Source of the DNA: Calcarisporiella thermophila CBS 279.70
Lineage: Eukaryota; Fungi; Calcarisporiellomycota
Direction of reading: 5' to 3'
Assembly: GCF_041956535.1 (NCBI RefSeq)
Contig: NW_027192191.1
Coordinates: 1,189,443-1,253,442 of the forward strand
DNA: 64,000 nt
The position numbers and the translations under genes were made by a program. Positions 51,990-64,000 of this stretch are shown here, piece by piece. The notes below the pieces were generated by a model. The model saw only the letters and a list, made by a program, of their open reading frames with translations. It was not told the DNA's origin and searched no databases. Positions within the stretch are counted from its first letter, which is position 1. Every line of letters begins with the position of its first letter.

Positions 51990-52769
51990 TCTTAATTGTT
52001 CGTTGAGGCATTTATTCTTAACACTGCCTTTGATTCATTGACTCGCTCCTCCTTTTTTGCAAATGTATATTTTCTGCTCGACTCCTTTTTCTGACAAACT
52101 TTTTTAACCCTTCTGTTATCACTTAGTTATTTTTTTATTACTATCACTGTTATTTGAACATTTCTCCTTTTTAATAGAACGTATGGTCTACTAATTTTGC
52201 AATTTTCTGGATATTTTGTCCCCTTTGATGCGAGATTTTGATTTGCAAAGATAAATCATAAACTTCGTTGTATCTTCCAATAAGTCCTCTGGTGTGGTAT
52301 ATAGCAAATACTATCAATAATATGGCGATGTTTATTAATAGTAATCTATTGAGCCAATATTCACAAACCTTACTGCAGTACATTTGTAACGATGAAACTG
52401 GCGTTTCTAGGGACATGTTTTATTGGACTCAGACTTTAGTCTTCATAAGGATATACATCAATTTACCAAATCTTTCTAGTTAGGAACACCGAGTTTGGTG
52501 CAAAACCGGGCCACCTGATGAATGAATATATTCATTCAACTTTGTCAGCATTAGCAAAGTCTCTAAAACGATGATATTTAATATAATAAAGCTATATGCA
52601 CATTTATAGATATTTATAAAGATAATCATTTTTAAATACAAAATATAGCACCAAATCTTCGCAGTAAAGCAACGCAATAGTATAGTGTAAATCTTTAGAA
52701 AAGAAAAGCAAAATATTTGATAGTAAAATGTGAAATAATTTATTTTCCTTCTCCTCCCAAAGGAATATG

Positions 52770-55141
52770 CTATTCAAAGGTAACAATAGTATTTGATTGG
52801 CGACGCTTTATCTCCTTCATTGCATCGCTAATACGGCGACAGATATGATCCTCCCCAATCATATCAATTAATCCCGATCTCGCAAAAAGCTCTCGTGAGT
52901 TCTCGCGCAGTTTAACGAAAAACACTTCGACACCACGTGTGTGATAAGCTTCCACAATCTCATTTAGAATTTGAATAGCGCTATGAATTCCAAAATGAAT
53001 TTATATACCGAATTGGTAAATATGACCCCTTTTTGAGAAAAGTATCGAGTACAATAAACGCTCACCTTGCATCTACTTGTGGCATATTTTCAACATCAAA
53101 TACAACATGGTATATTGGACCCAGACGTTGGTCTTCAGAAGGGTGTACATCAAGGTCACCAAATCTTTCTAGGCGACGAAGGCGTTCTTTAAGCTGGCCT
53201 GTGTTAGCAAAGAAAAGGGGCTCCTACTCGATCGTTGCGTAAAATTAGTTTATTATTTTAAAGAATATTTTTTACCTAACGCCTACCTCAATTTTTACGA
53301 TGAGCACATCTTCGACATGCTCGGTAACTGCGGGAAATTCTTTAATGGGCCGATACTTGTCATTTGTACCTTGAACTCGACCCTTTGATAAATATAAAAA
53401 TATTAGTAATGAAATAATCAGCTACGCTTAATTAGATATCTACCAAAATAGTAATTCGTGGGTAAGTAATATGCTTGATGACTATAATTAGGGATAAAAC
53501 GATGGAGAGCAGTGTTCCGGTTTCGACAGACACCATGATAGTGGCCAAGAGTTCTATCGCAAAGAGAACAAGATCGTTCCAAGCCTGAATTCGAATCATG
53601 AAACGAAGATCGTGTGGAGTCTCCGATACCAGTGAAAGGGCTGCTACTGCGATAATTGACGAGAGAACGGCACGTGGAAGGTAGTAAAAATAAGGCAATA
53701 AAAATATAATTGCCATTAATATTAGAACGGCTGTCACAAAGCCAGCGAGTTGTGTTTTTGCTCCAGCGCGATCAGCAATCCTACTGCGAGCCATAGAGCC
53801 CCCACCAGGCAATCCTTGAAATAGCCCGCTAAAAATATTGGCGATCCCCATAGCGACCAATTCTCTGTTTGGGGACACAGAGTAATTGTGTTGGCTAGCG
53901 TATTGCTTGCAAATAACCACGGACTCGACAAACACAATGACCGATATGAGCGAGGCAGTACCCATGAGATTACGTACATGAGCAATATGCTCGGGTCTGG
54001 GAATCGAAGGTAATGGGAGTGATCGTCCGTCGACTTCTCCTAATATCTGAAGGCCATGCTCATACCATCGAAAGTGTTGGCAAAGAATTGTCGTAAACAC
54101 GACTACCAGTAGAATCTCAGGAATGAATTGGAGCACACCAATCTTACTAAAGCGAGTCTTCAAAACCTTGAACACGAGGAGAAACGCAAGACTGCCAAAA
54201 GAAACCGCTGTTGTTAACCAGTGAACCTTGTGGACATTTAGTACCAAGAATATAACACGCTCAACCGTAGTTGAATCAGCATTCAATCCAGCATCGCGTG
54301 CTCTATCTGCCAGTCCAGTAAGATTAACAAGTTGCTCAACAAATATCACAAGCCCAACGGCAGTAATAAATCCTCGCAATAGTGCACGAGAGAGGAGTGA
54401 GTCAAGGAATCCCAATCGGAAAATCCCAAGCAAAAAGAGAAATAGGCCAACGAAAAACGTTAAAAAGGCGGCAAGTAGAGCGGCGTCCGCTTCGGTCCAT
54501 GGGATATCATCGGGAACAAAGTGGCGTTGTTGTGATATGGCAGAACCTACAAGCATCATCACCACCGCTTCAGGCCCCATGGAAAGCTGACGAGAAGTGC
54601 CAAAGAATGAGTAAAAAAGAGCAGTAAAAAATGCCCCATAGAGACCGTGTACAGCATTTATCCTCGCGAGAGCTGTAGCATATGAAAGACCCTGGGGAAT
54701 AATTAAGCATGCGACAGTAACTCCTGAGATGATGTCAGACCATAGATACTCCAACGAATAATTTGGAAGCCAGCGAAGAACAGGAATGTAGTATTGCGTG
54801 CGTGTCTTTATCGTTTTCCATGAATATCGTGTATGATGTGAATTAGTTCGTCCAGCTGAAAAAAGGTATCGAAAAATTGATTTCTATTATTAGTTCAGAT
54901 CCGAGTTAAGAGAATGGGAAATATGATATTACATGAACCTGCGCGGGTATTATTATAATAGGTTGAACCTTGGCCATTAGAGAGTGGGGTCGCTTCATTA
55001 GGTACCGGAGGATTGAACTCATCGTCCGTCTCTTCGTCAGATAAATGGAATTCCCTGATTCCGGGGGAAAATAAATTGGATGGTATCGTAAAATAGGCTC
55101 CTCATATTCTCTTACCTCCAGCTTCTGTTTGGATCTGCCAT
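52770..55141 (-). CDS. SLC26/SulP anion transporter with STAS domain (vacuolar YPR003C-like)
   Basis: YYIPVLRWLPNY, DIISGVTVACLIIPQGLSYA, FGTSRQLSMGPEA, SPNRELVAMGIANI and STAS EPLFFANTGQLKERLRRLE. N-terminal EATPL motif. Confidence 0.93.
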
Positions 55142-55488
55142 CCTCCTGCAACGGTTGCCACTGGAAATGGAAAAGTAGAAATGTTCAACTCTTCCTAACA
55201 ATGCGCGACCTTACAAGTTCTCTCGGATTTAATATTCCGAAGACTTATGTGGCTTATTGCTGCATAGAGGCCCTAATTTGTGGGTGACACCTACATAAAA
55301 ACCTAAGCAACCTGCGTTGGGCGTATATGCATTTATTTTAATGCAACTTGTCATTTGAAGGCAAAAACTGATGTATAAAACTTCAGGCCCCAATCTACAC
55401 ATATTGACATATGGTGCCAGCGTTGATAATGGGGTGAGTTGCAACGTTGATGGAGCCAAAGCCATAGATTTCTTAATACACGAAACTT

Positions 55489-55533
55489 TACTATAGAATT
55501 AAGCATAATAATATTATGCTTAATTCTATAGTA
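55489..55533. repeat. Perfect AT-rich palindrome (22-bp arms, 1-nt spacer)
   Basis: TACTATAGAATTAAGCATAATA-A-TATTATGCTTAATTCTATAGTA. Confidence 0.95.
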
Positions 55534-55562
55534 TAGTCTATAGTATAGGAAATTCTATGCTT

Positions 55563-55601
55563 AATATTTTAAATTGAAATATTATTTCAATTTAAAATAT
55601 T
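55563..55601. repeat. Perfect AT-rich palindrome (19-bp arms, 1-nt spacer)
   Basis: AATATTTTAAATTGAAATA-T-TATTTCAATTTAAAATATT. Confidence 0.95.
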
Positions 55602-57185
55602 CTTAATTCTTTAATAAAACAACCAACCCCATAAGACAAGAGGCTAGACTATCAGTAAAAAGTAAATACAGAATAGCTTGATCAAATGGCCGCCTTTTTC
55701 ATTGATATCGTCAAAAACGCATCTCAATGGCACATAGAGGAAGTACTTTTATCCAGTATCTCTTTGGTTTAAAGTTAAAAATATCCATCTTCAGGCTTAT
55801 TCTTAAAATATATATTTACCCAGGTACGAGTTGAGGGATACTTGCCTAGACATTTATTTATTAAGACGTCACCTCAGTTGCCACCTGCAACTATAGCTCT
55901 TACAACTACTCAAAGGCGCAAAGCCTTTTCCCCCTTATCACGATTTAAGAGTTTCGAAAATTCTATCAAAGAGGATTCAGGAGGACCTCGATACAAAATC
56001 CACTCAATTTATTTCGCAATTGGTCTTGTGAGCTCTTGAATTATCGTTCACCTCTTGATGATGGATATTGTGCTAGATATTTAAAAATCTTGGTTCTCAT
56101 CAGGATTTAATGTCTCACTGACAGCTTTCCTGCTTAAACAAAGCAGTTGAAGCTGCGCTCACAACTACGGCATGAATCATATCATTCCTCGCCATTTAAA
56201 GGGGGCGTTCAACTGAGAAGTGCAGTGAGAATGATAAGAACGTGCTCACATATAGATCCGTTATTCGAAATGTTGAGTTTATATCGATACCTTAATAATG
56301 TAGTTGGCTAAATATACATTAAACTTGTAAAGGCAAGAACTGAAATTTTCGTTGCCTATAGAGAATAATTTTTATACTCTTATAGGCGATTAATCTTACA
56401 ATACAGGACCTATTAATAGATATAGCATTCAATAGAAGCTTGTGGTATGCTAAACATACGTTAAACTTTTCATTAATTCTTATATGATAGCGCGTAAATC
56501 ATTATGAAAAGTTAAACATACTAGCAAAATTTATGCCATATTTTAGACTAAGACATGACAAATGTTCTCTGCAAATATTGCAGCTTATTTTTTGACATTC
56601 GACATGCTCACGAATACTCAATTTTAGCTAGAGTTAGTTTATAAGATTATTGCCCATTAACAATTTTACTGGGTGGAAATGTCAGATAGACAGGCTTTAT
56701 ATTTAAGTTGAAGCTGTGAAAACAAAACCACATTCTGAGTATGATAACCCACTTTGTCAATATTGAGCTATAATGCTTTCGCAATCGCAAATAATCAATA
56801 TCTTCACTCTCGGTAAATGGGTTTAGTAAAGGATTTTAGATATATTTCCAAAATTCTCTAAAGAATATCAAAGCCCAAGCCCAGGGTCACAACTAATTTA
56901 CTACCAAACTCTTTTTAAATTCGCGTTTGGTCTATTCTGTATGGCATCTGTCTCGATAGAACTGGATAGATATTTGCTATCATCTGAATATAATACTTAG
57001 TTCAATTATCCCCTTTTTGTGAATATCAATTTCTACGGTAATGTTTACGGTTTATACTTGCCAAGCCACAGTCAAAATTGCTTCGTTAAATTATATCATA
57101 CAAAGGATTCTTTTATTATTGTCCAGGGGACAAAGAAAATTCAATAGATCACCTGTTAAATTCTCTATATATATTATTGCTTATA

Positions 57186-58333
57186 ATGTTTGGTACTAAA
57201 GAAGCTGAAATGACAGAAAAGACTTCACCAAACTTCTTCTCTTCACTTCTTTCGGGATTTTCCGAATTGCGAAAGCGTGTCAATAACCCCAATCCCGGCA
57301 CATTTGATTCGTTGCATCGGGAGGTGAAAAGTGAGCTATACTCTTTCCTGTTCTACGTAGCCATTCCGAGAAAAATAATTAACTATCATATCTTGTAGAT
57401 ACATTTTTAACGAATCACTTGTTCGATGGAGCTCGCGCTGATCTTACAAAAATCCTCTCGCCTAATTTCCAAGTGACCCATTCCTTCTCGCTAGGATCGG
57501 TTGTTGCTCCTCCGCAATATAATTTTGGTTCCATATTCTTGGGAACTAATGTAATTTCATCAAGGCGCTTTGGATTAATTTTTTTTTTTTTTGGTTACTT
57601 ATCCTTTAATTTTGATAGAGCTTATTGCAAGGCACAGTGGACAACGATGGCAATGTGACTGCCCGCGTCAACTATGCATGGAATCAAAAAAATACTACCA
57701 AAATCCAGGCTCAGGTATATTTTTTCGGAGACAGTGTTTCGAGTTGATGCTGAATACAATGCACATGTTTGATAGATCTCGGGACAACCTGGTCACTCGA
57801 TGCTCCAGGTCGAACATGACCACCTCGGTTCTGACTATTCTGTTTCTCTAAAAGCAGTAAACCCATCGCCAGCCGAGAGTACAGGAATTTACTTGCTCTC
57901 ATATCTTCAGTCAATCACTCCGCGCCTTGCTCTAGGAGTTGAAACTGTTTACCAGCGACCAACTTCGGAGGTTGAAGAAACTCTCACCTCAGTTGTGGCG
58001 AAATATACTGGCGATAACTGTGTTGCAACTGTGCAGGCTCAGGGTATGGGAGCTCTGCATGCCTCCTATTATCACAAGCTAGGCGAGAAGGTTGACGTTG
58101 GAACTGAAATTCAACTCTTGTCTGCTGGTGGAAGACGCGATGGAGTCACCACTTTCGGAGCACTCTATCAGTTCCGGCAGTCGAGTGTACGGGCACAGAT
58201 CGATACCACGGGACGTGTGAGTGCAGTCATTGAGGAGAGGATGGCACCAGGCTTCTCCTTCCTGGTATCAGGTGATCTAGACCACGTCAAGGGCAATGCT
58301 AAGTTTGGCGTGGGGATTATGATTGAGGCTTAA
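57186..58333 (+). CDS. TOM40: Mitochondrial outer-membrane import pore Tom40
   Basis: NPGTFDSLHREVK, FDGARADLTK..SPNFQVTHSF, QGTVDNDGNV, SYLQSITPRLALGVE, ASYYHKL, RAQIDTTGRV and AKFGVGIMIE. Confidence 0.97.
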
Positions 58334-58603
58334 ATGAGAGTACTACCTAAATTGAAAAATCTATTTTCATTTTATTTTCCTCGACTTGGGCTATCAATGG
58401 CTTCCCCCCCTTTTTTTTTTCTATACTGGTTCTTTATTTCTTCCATTGATCAATGTAATAAAATTTTTCTCTACTTAGCACACTAGAGAGGTGTTAGGAA
58501 TAAATAATAGATTATTACAAAATGTTATTAAGTAAAGAATATGGTACTTGCAGAACTGATTGAAATATAGAACACTGTAACAAAAATATGAAGAAGACTT
58601 GTA

Positions 58604-61600
58604 TTATGTAAAAATTATCATTGGGACTGTGATTTCCTTCACAATAGAACCTATTAAATTTTCGTTCTTCAAAAACTCTGTGGGATAATTTACGAGATGC
58701 CCACGGATTTGTCCAAGTTGATGGGCAATTTCGTCCTCGGAGCGCTTCGAATCGGCCACATGACCAGTCTTCGTTTTCATGTCGGGTACAAAGCCGTCAT
58801 AATCTGTCCAAGAGAGGACTACAAGGGGGTAAAAGTGGTGGAGAGTGGTGAATTTAATGGCTTATGGGAGTTTTTATAAATATATGCTAACCTGTATCAT
58901 CCGGTACGCATCGGAATATATCTCTGAATATCTCAGTGTTTTTATCCGCGATCGATCTCCATAAAGTGTAAAATTCATCCGAAAGGATATCTTGCACAAG
59001 CTCATAGCCTTCATTATCTTTCTGGGTACAGGAATAATCCATCAAATATTCTTTGATTTCCCTGGATGGTGTAGGTGTCTTCAGTGTATCAGTCGCGATA
59101 GGTAACTGACTTGAGACTGTTGAGGTAGTTGGGTCATTGAGCTCGGGATTGGCGAGCAGACCGAGATGTTCCTGGAAGAGTGTGCATCGGAGAGTGTGTG
59201 CGAATTCCGCCGCCTCATACTAAGAGGGATGATTACAATGTTAGATTAAAAATGCGGAATTCAAACAAATGATCTAGTACCGGTTTATTATCGAGCAATG
59301 TGGTGACTTTTTTATCATCATGAATAACTACAGCAATCTCGGAATCGCGATTTCCCAGTTGCGATCTAATGGTCATTCAAAGCGGTTGAATACTTTTATA
59401 TCAGCGAGCAGCACACTGTGCATTCATTCTTACCTATCATTCAAATTTGCAGAGCCTACGATAACAATTTGATCGTCGACAATCATCAATTTGCTGTGAA
59501 TATAAAGTTGCTCCGTGACAATATCGGCGGTATTTTCTGGGCTTCGAGTCACAGGTGACTCCGCCCCTATCCCCTCCTCATCCGGCTGCAATTGTGTTGT
59601 GCTATTTGGTGGGGTTATAGCTTCGCTAAGGGTGTCATCAAGTTGGATTTGGGACAAGTGCTGAGATTGTGCTTGACGGACACTGCCTATTCTATCATGG
59701 GAGCGAAGAGAAAAGAATCCAATATATTTGTCGGGGTCAATCCCAGCCTGTCGGAGACGCTCAATTAGAGACATGCCACCCCGGGAGATTGAGACATACT
59801 GCCAGTGCATTACTGTCCGTACCGTACCGGCATCAGGTGATCGCAAATCACTTTCAAAGGCTGGTATCAAAGGGACGAGTATAATCACACGGAACTTGGT
59901 TCCATTGGTTTCTGCCTGCTTGATTCGCTCAAATAAAGCCTTAAAAAACAGTATCGTTAGCTTCAAGCACTCAGAATGCTCTTAAGTATCGTGCTTCTTA
60001 CTTCTGCAATACGATTCTTTAGGGTATACCTTGGATCTCCATGGGAAGCTGAAACTATAACGAGTATCTATTAATATTCATAAAGCACTTTGTAAAATTT
60101 GGCATCCAAGAGGGAAACTTAACCGAAAAACTGGTTTTCAATATAAATGAAGTGTTTCGCTTCGCGAATTAAGGCAACGTAAGCATTATAAATAGAGTGC
60201 TGTCGAATACATGAAAGTTAGCATTTCAAAAAAAAAGAAATTAAAATTAATAAAAAAAAGACTTTATATTACCTCTCGTTCGGTCCCATTACTCCACCAC
60301 CCGGCACTCCGTAGGACCTGCACTCGACACGTACCATGAAATCGAGTCTCATCTCGGGTACTTACAAACTCTCCTTTGGGTGTGAGGAAAGGAACAACAG
60401 TGCGCTGCATGCCCTTTTCTGCTTTGATAAAGTTCCAGCGCTGAACAAAGTGCCGGGCTATATCACGGGCAGTTTTCCCTACTACACTTACAGCCACATC
60501 ATGCCAAGGCATGCGGGGGGCTAAGGAGCGGTCAATAAGCGAGGTATCATATTTGATTACTAAAACAAACTAGTGTAAATTTCAATATATATACATGCAA
60601 GATGTAAGGAGAGACTTGCCATCCACAAAGTCTTTGATTCGCGGATTGCTGTAATCCTGGCCCACCCATATCTCTTTGGCAGGGTTGTCGGGATGATAAT
60701 CAGCCAAATGATGGGCATGGGAGTCATATCGTCTATAAATTACGATTTTTACGGTTAATGAAGAAGAACACGTAACCGTAGAACATGTAGCATATACCCA
60801 AAACATAAGTCAAGCCCACCGATGAAAGCTATCCTACAATCTACAACAACGATTTTCTAAAGCAGATAAAAAACTGATTTAGCAATTAATTGACATATTG
60901 GAGGAAAAAAAATTACCTCGTGATGCTAGATACATGATTTGCAAAAGAAGAGAAGACGCATTAAGGCTTCAAACATACGGAGTTTATCAAATGATATATT
61001 TACCGCCCAAAACATGACGCCTTCAGGACCATGGTCGGGGTGTCTTTGAACTAATAAAGAATATACATAACTAATAGTGTAAAATCGTCGTTAAATCATG
61101 TATATTACCAATTATATTTTTGTGCAAACTCTGGAGCCACGCTTTCGTATGCGTAGAATCAAGCGAGAGGGCTATTAAAGAGCATATTTGATATGATAAG
61201 TAATAAAAGTAAATATATAAATGGGAGCAAAATAACCACCATAAGTCATCTCTTTGTAGACTAGAATGTAAATCATTACACCTTCTTCTGCTTTACGCTT
61301 AAGTAAACGATCGAGACGGAATTGCTCGTTCTGCTTGGGCGGACGACGCAGATACTACACAAAGGAATCTTAGAAAAGAGAATATCCTTTAGAGCCATTA
61401 TCTCTATGATACTTACAAACTCCGGAGATATCCACCAGCCTGCAATATATATTTCGTATTTTGCAGAGAGAATTGCTTCGGAAACCGAGTAGAAATAATC
61501 TAAGGGCACAATAAAAGGGGGCTAAGTTCTGGTTCTGTTTAAATTTTTAGACTTGACTACCTTTCCCATCGATATACCACTTAGCCGTTATGGCTTTCCG

Positions 61601-63477
61601 CATCGGAGCAAATGAATCAAAACGATGTGATTTAACCCAGGGGCTATTCAGGACTTGGTTGATACTCTGGGTCCAATCTTCCAATTCTCGCGATGAATCG
61701 CACTTAAGTTGTATTCTCCGATACTTATTAGATATATAGATTTGTTTGCCAAAAACATTGTCACTGTCGTAGTCGATACTGAAATTTTTGTCGAAGAGGA
61801 ACACATCCGATAGTCGATTATCGCCAATGGATGTGCAAAAGCCAATGTAGGAGTCACGAAGGAGAACCCATTCGCGAGTCCAATTGCGATTCATCCGAAG
61901 GCCACAACATCTCGACCGCAGATAGCCAACACGGCTTTCAAGATAACCCTCTTTGCCCTTGAATCCCTACATATACAGAGGTGACTCAATGTGAGTAAAA
62001 TTTACAGTACATTGCGATAGTCCTTAATTCACCATGTCCTTTGTTATTCCCAACGCAGAAATCTCTAGAAATTCACATAGATCATAGAGTGCTCGCCGAT
62101 GGCATAATTTCAACAAATCCATTAGGTAAATTTCCAAAGATTTGCGGCGCTGAAGTGCGAGTCGTGCTTTGCGCTCGGCGCGCACATCCTCTTCGTAAGG
62201 ATAGCAGTAGTTAAGCACAGAGTGATATGCGTGTGCGAGCTGGCTTGGAAAATGCGGTAGAGAGGGAATGTCCTCCTGGAAACTCTTAACAGTCATGACC
62301 GTATGCAGCTTGATAAAATCGACGAGTGTCTTGCGCAAAACCCACTTGACATCCCCATATTTGAGCTCAATGCGGAAGATATATTGCCGATAATGCGAGG
62401 TTTGATCAATAATCGAATCCGTTATGGCCAACTGGAGAGATCAAAGGATTCAATCAGCGGACGTTGGCGCCTTGTCAATAATCAAGCATACCTGTAGTGC
62501 CTCAAATAGCACAGGAGGCTAATGGTTGCAAAATATTTGAATTCCTAAGTTATACAGGGTATACAATCATTACTTCCGAAAAATGTTCAATGTTCATACC
62601 GGCTTTCGACCTTGGGAGTCCCTCAGCAGTCCGTGAAATGGTACGTACAGTGCTCCCACAAAAAATGGATCAATGCTATTACTTACTACATGTAGTTTAC
62701 GTTTTGCGGCTTCTCTTTGCGCAGGGATCGTAAGTTTATTCACTCGATGTAGCTTTTTGACAATGGTCTTGAAAGGCTCTCTGGGTACTGATCCTATGTA
62801 ACCATCCTTAGTGCAAGCCCAAAACAGATAGAGTATGGAAACAAAGTACCCATTCTCTCCATCGCCGTACCGTTACTCATTTCCACCTTGCTTGTATACT
62901 TCATCTCATTTTTCTCTTTCTCACTTTCAATATCTTTCTCCTCCTCTTTCTCAGCTATGCCTACACTCTGTTCATTTTCCTCCTCCTTTTCCTCACCCAC
63001 CTCCTCACCTCCTTCCTTTTCCTTTCCTTTCTCTAAACGATTAGCCATGGTATCAACAGCTGAACGTTGTGGTTCCTTGTATCTAGCATCTCGAACATGG
63101 TACTCGGTTAGGGACGTGTTTTCCTCAGGTTCAACCAGCAAACAGGATAATTCCGTGGGCGCCGGCAGGCGTTCTTCTTCCAAGGAATCGCCTCCTAATT
63201 TAGATATAGCACGTGGGATGCGATCTGATGGGTGACTATGCGATTCTTTGTCTTGAAAATGATGAGAAAAGCCTTCGGGCATAAATGAGCTGGATCGACG
63301 ATGAGTGGTATAGGACTTTGGGGGGTGTTTTCGCCTCGAACTATTTTCATTTTCTCGGATCCTTTCCACCGGTGTGTCATCAACATTCTGCACCAGAGCT
63401 AGCGTAGGGCGAGGATAAGTCACTGTAGATCCGGTTTTCGAATTAACCGGCAGTGTAGAAGATCTCCCTAAGCTCAT
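58604..63477 (-). CDS. PLD1: Phospholipase D1 (PX-PH-HKD-HKD; Spo14-like)
   Basis: PX FRIELKYGDVKW, PH region, HRFDSFAP, IYIAGWWISPE, first HKD HHE|KIVVVD..GGLDLCFGRYD, PRMPWHD, IYIENQFF, second HKD YIHSKLMIVDD..GSANLNDRSQLGNRDSE, and GHLVNYP..FL. Confidence 0.96.
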
Positions 63478-64000
63478 TTCTATAGTTTTGGCTTAATGTA
63501 GATCAAAGGCTAAAAGCATAGTGAGATATAACTAGCTATATTAAAGGATAGGTGAGGAGAGGCGGATAAATTTTGTTTTTTGGCGGCCGCCATCACAGAA
63601 ATTATTAAAATAGACCATGCTTTGACTCTCCAAAATGAAAAAAAAAAAATCATACAAAAGTTTGATCTACAAAGAACCTCAATTAAAGTAAACGATTCAG
63701 ATAGCGCTCAAATGGGTTGTGATTCCACATACACCTCTAAAATATTTCTCAAGCTCACCGCAAACCCTGTATCGTTGTCAACAAGATACAGGAGAGGAAT
63801 CAAATGTAAGCCCTCCTTAACGGCAATCAGGGAGAATTCTAGCAGCTGACAGGAGGATGGATACAATGGACTGAAAAACAAATACTATCAGCACGGCAGC
63901 TCATATAATTTGAATAGCCCGTCTCACCTTAGGTTCACGTTATTCTCAAGGCACATTATATCGGAGTCATGGAGGTGGTTTTCGTGGTAATTTTGGAGAA

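Noticed and set aside
52171-52483. Overlapping short ORFs between ARI1 and SLC26
   Set aside because: No recognisable motifs, and they lie in convergent 3' UTR space, so they are probably spurious.
52519-52538. 20-bp palindrome TGAATGAATATATTCATTCA
   Set aside because: Short, low-complexity and isolated, with no supporting context.
62835-63235. Plus-strand Ser/Phe/Pro-rich ORFs (and similar antisense ORFs elsewhere, e.g. 17247-17612 and 54228-54590)
   Set aside because: They are shadows of real exons on the opposite strand.
63580-64000. Possible gene start divergent from PLD1
   Set aside because: The ORF has no recognisable motif and the context is cut by the window end, so no call can be supported.

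Overview
Eukaryotic, intron-rich and gene-dense DNA with short GT-AG introns (mostly about 50-80 nt) and AT-rich intergenic spacers. The gene content points to a non-Dikarya (early-diverging, Mucoromycota-like) fungus; the species cannot be determined from sequence alone. About 31 spliced protein genes were reconstructed by hand. They include gamma-tubulin, MIOS/SEA4, endonuclease V, RagC/Gtr2, GOS1, a peroxisomal alpha/beta hydrolase, an MPO1-like protein, a NAM8-like RRM protein, VPS29, ASK1, carnitine acetyltransferase, a CBA1-like periplasmic-binding-fold membrane protein, HEATR6, a kelch protein, an MFS transporter, UBAP1, ankyrin-asparaginase, RBMX2, H2A.Z, NPC2, SSH4, ORM1, QCR9, RPL25, an acetyl-CoA transporter, ARI1, an SLC26 transporter, TOM40, PLD1 and two orphans. 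No tRNA, rRNA, CRISPR array or intact transposon was recognised. The main signals are: a textbook AT-AC U12 (minor spliceosome) intron in MIOS; a candidate vitamin-B12 acquisition (CBA1-like) surface protein; an MPO1 homologue missing its conserved His residues; a hairpin or poison-exon cassette in VPS29 intron 1; a 9-nt micro-exon carrying the PLD catalytic His; a GC-AG intron in the RES factor RBMX2; twin perfect AT-rich palindromes; a recurrent HomolD-like GTCAC promoter motif; and MCB boxes upstream of two spindle genes. CDS coordinates run from start to stop codon including introns and were derived by eye.
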